Shown in pieces: positions 62,163 to 64,000 of a stretch of DNA of 64,000 nucleotides. The position numbers and the translations under genes were made by a program. Every line of letters starts with the position of its first letter. Within the stretch, counting starts at the first letter, position 1. Source of the DNA: Podarcis cretensis (Eukaryota). The notes under the pieces are model-generated. The model ran no database searches and was not told where the DNA came from. It saw only the letters and a program-made list of their open reading frames with translations. The stretch covers positions 62,868,001 to 62,932,000 of the forward strand of contig OX638156.1 of assembly GCA_951804945.1 (NCBI GenBank). Reading direction: 5' to 3'.

Positions 62163-64000
62163 TTGCACATTTGCACATTATTTGCATGTCCTTCTAGATG
62201 ATCACAGAAATCCATTGACAAACAGAATATGAGAAAGAATGAAATTGGGAACTCAGTGACAAAACTCGTTTTCATGCTTATTTCGTACGGTTTCCTTCAT
62301 ACAATAATATATTTTGCCCCAGAAGGCTTTTGAAAAATTCGGTCACAAAATAGCACAAGAATGCGCTTATTGTGGGTAAAAGTTGGAAGCATTGTTCTGA
62401 TGACACCTGTAAAACATAATTATAGTTCCCATAGCTGTTTTCTCTCATATTTAGAGAGGAACATTCTTTGCCTCTAATCTCAGGTGCATACCTGTGGAAG
62501 GTTTAGGTTCCTTTAAACAGCATCAAAGTAATGACAACAGCGTGCAGCTGCTAACTGTCTTTTCCTTGTAGTTACTCGCCCAGCTGTTTAGAAAAAGAAG
62601 GAAGGGGGGGGGAGAGAGGAGAGAGCTGAGAGGGGGAAAAATCTCTCTAATCTTACCATATGCCACAAAGTTTATTTGCCATGGTAAGTTAGAAATTTGC
62701 AGGATTGGTCAGTGCGGCCAGTGTTAACTTTGTGCTTTGGGAGGGGACATAGGAAGGGAAAGAACAACACCTGTGCAAGAGAAGAGGATGAGTCTGTTTA
62801 GGAAAGTAATTATGACTTCAGGTGCAGCTACTCTCAATTCTTTATACGATGGTAGACTTTCCTCTACAGCGCAGGACTAATCACTTTCCCATCCAGTCCT
62901 AAAAATCTGGAATGAGGGCAGGCAGGATGGAAGGCCTGGTGCTTACTTTATGGGAATGTTCTTGTGACTGCTGCATCCCCATTGTTCCAGTTACACAATG
63001 ATATTGTAACCGTGCCAGCATGACTGCTAAAGTGGCATCACAGTGCTTTAAATGTAGAATGTGGATGTGGCCCCAGTTTCCTGGGGTGGGTAGAGATATT
63101 CTGTAACTGGATATATGGTAGAGAAACCAGTAAGCTGCTACCTGTGGAACTGAACCATAGACAGGCAAGTAGCAGAGGTCCAGTGTTATGTATACTTGGT
63201 CTGGTCTGGTCTTAGGTTATGCCCATAATATCAGTAGAAAGGAACCATGTGAGCTGCCTAAGTGATGTATCTCAGCATTTTTAACACTGGGGGAATTGAG
63301 GGGGGGGGAAATATTGGACTGGGGAGTAGCCATGTTATGATTCAGGAAATCCACATGATTCTTCATTATACATGTTGCCATGGTGGTTCAATCTAATAAC
63401 AGATGAATGAGATCCCAAAAGTTTTTGTAGTCGCCTTGTGGTGGATATCTTTATTTTATTGTTTATTTGTTACCAGCATTTGATACCTCACTCTTCACAC
63501 CAAACAACCGTGTGAATCATGATCTCATGGACAATTAGATGTCCTTTAGCCTTAAGAATAAGTTCTTAATAATCTAGACATACATTTGTACCATCCACAA
63601 TACTTTTATAATGATGTCAGCTTATGTGAATCCACCTTCAGGAATCTCAGCGTTAAGCTACAGACATTCCACTAATCTTGTGAGTTTGTACAGTGCAATG
63701 GCTCACATGCTCGAGATGCACCAGCATGCGTGGATGAAGCTGGAACAGAGTTCTTTAATTCAGCCTTTCTCAAACTGTGTTCTGGGAACCCTGTAGTTAT
63801 GTAAAGTAGTTTGAGAGTTTCCTCAAAGTAAAAACTTGTAATGGCAGAGAAGCTTGCATGATACATAATTTCAGCTGAGCTGCAGCCATGGAGTTTAAAT
63901 GCACTGCTCAAATAATTGTCCTGGGAATCCCTTCTTTCCTTTTCTCACTGTGCTTTACACGGGTTAATCTAGTAGTGGCTGGTTCTGTCTTGGGCCCGGT

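Noticed and set aside
43603-64000. Next ZNF536 coding exon (expected DIGEEAGR...CPYCGKTF)
   Set aside because: Not seen in the ORF track or by eye; it probably lies beyond the window.
1-64000. CRISPR arrays, operons, rRNA or other prokaryotic systems
   Set aside because: The sequence is vertebrate intronic DNA; no repeat-spacer array or prokaryotic gene cluster is present.

Overview
Vertebrate genomic DNA with four assembly gaps; the repeat content (Sauria and Squam SINEs, squamate CR1/L2/RTE, MITEs) points to a squamate, most likely a lacertid lizard. The window lies inside the ZNF536 gene (+ strand). The only host coding sequence is the 2172-nt first coding exon (41431-43602, ATG at 41433, seven C2H2 zinc fingers). 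The rest is intron: L1, L2, CR1 and RTE LINE fragments, SINEs, Tc1/mariner and hAT MITEs, microsatellites, and repeat-free blocks that look like conserved non-coding elements. Three observations stand out. (1) A decayed ~3 kb antisense retroviral 3' half (about 12926-15990) has a foamy/spuma-like Env TM subunit, two overlapping unknown ORFs, a polypurine tract and an LTR start, suggesting a complex spuma-like endogenous retrovirus that the ORF track does not reveal. (2) The ZNF536 exon is exactly 724 codons long and would become a stop-free endless ORF if back-spliced. (3) There is a young L1 whose start codon comes from its target-site duplication, and a Ngaro/DIRS-like solo terminal repeat carrying promoter motifs. 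Family assignments come from manual translation and remembered consensus motifs, not database searches, and most repeat boundaries are approximate.
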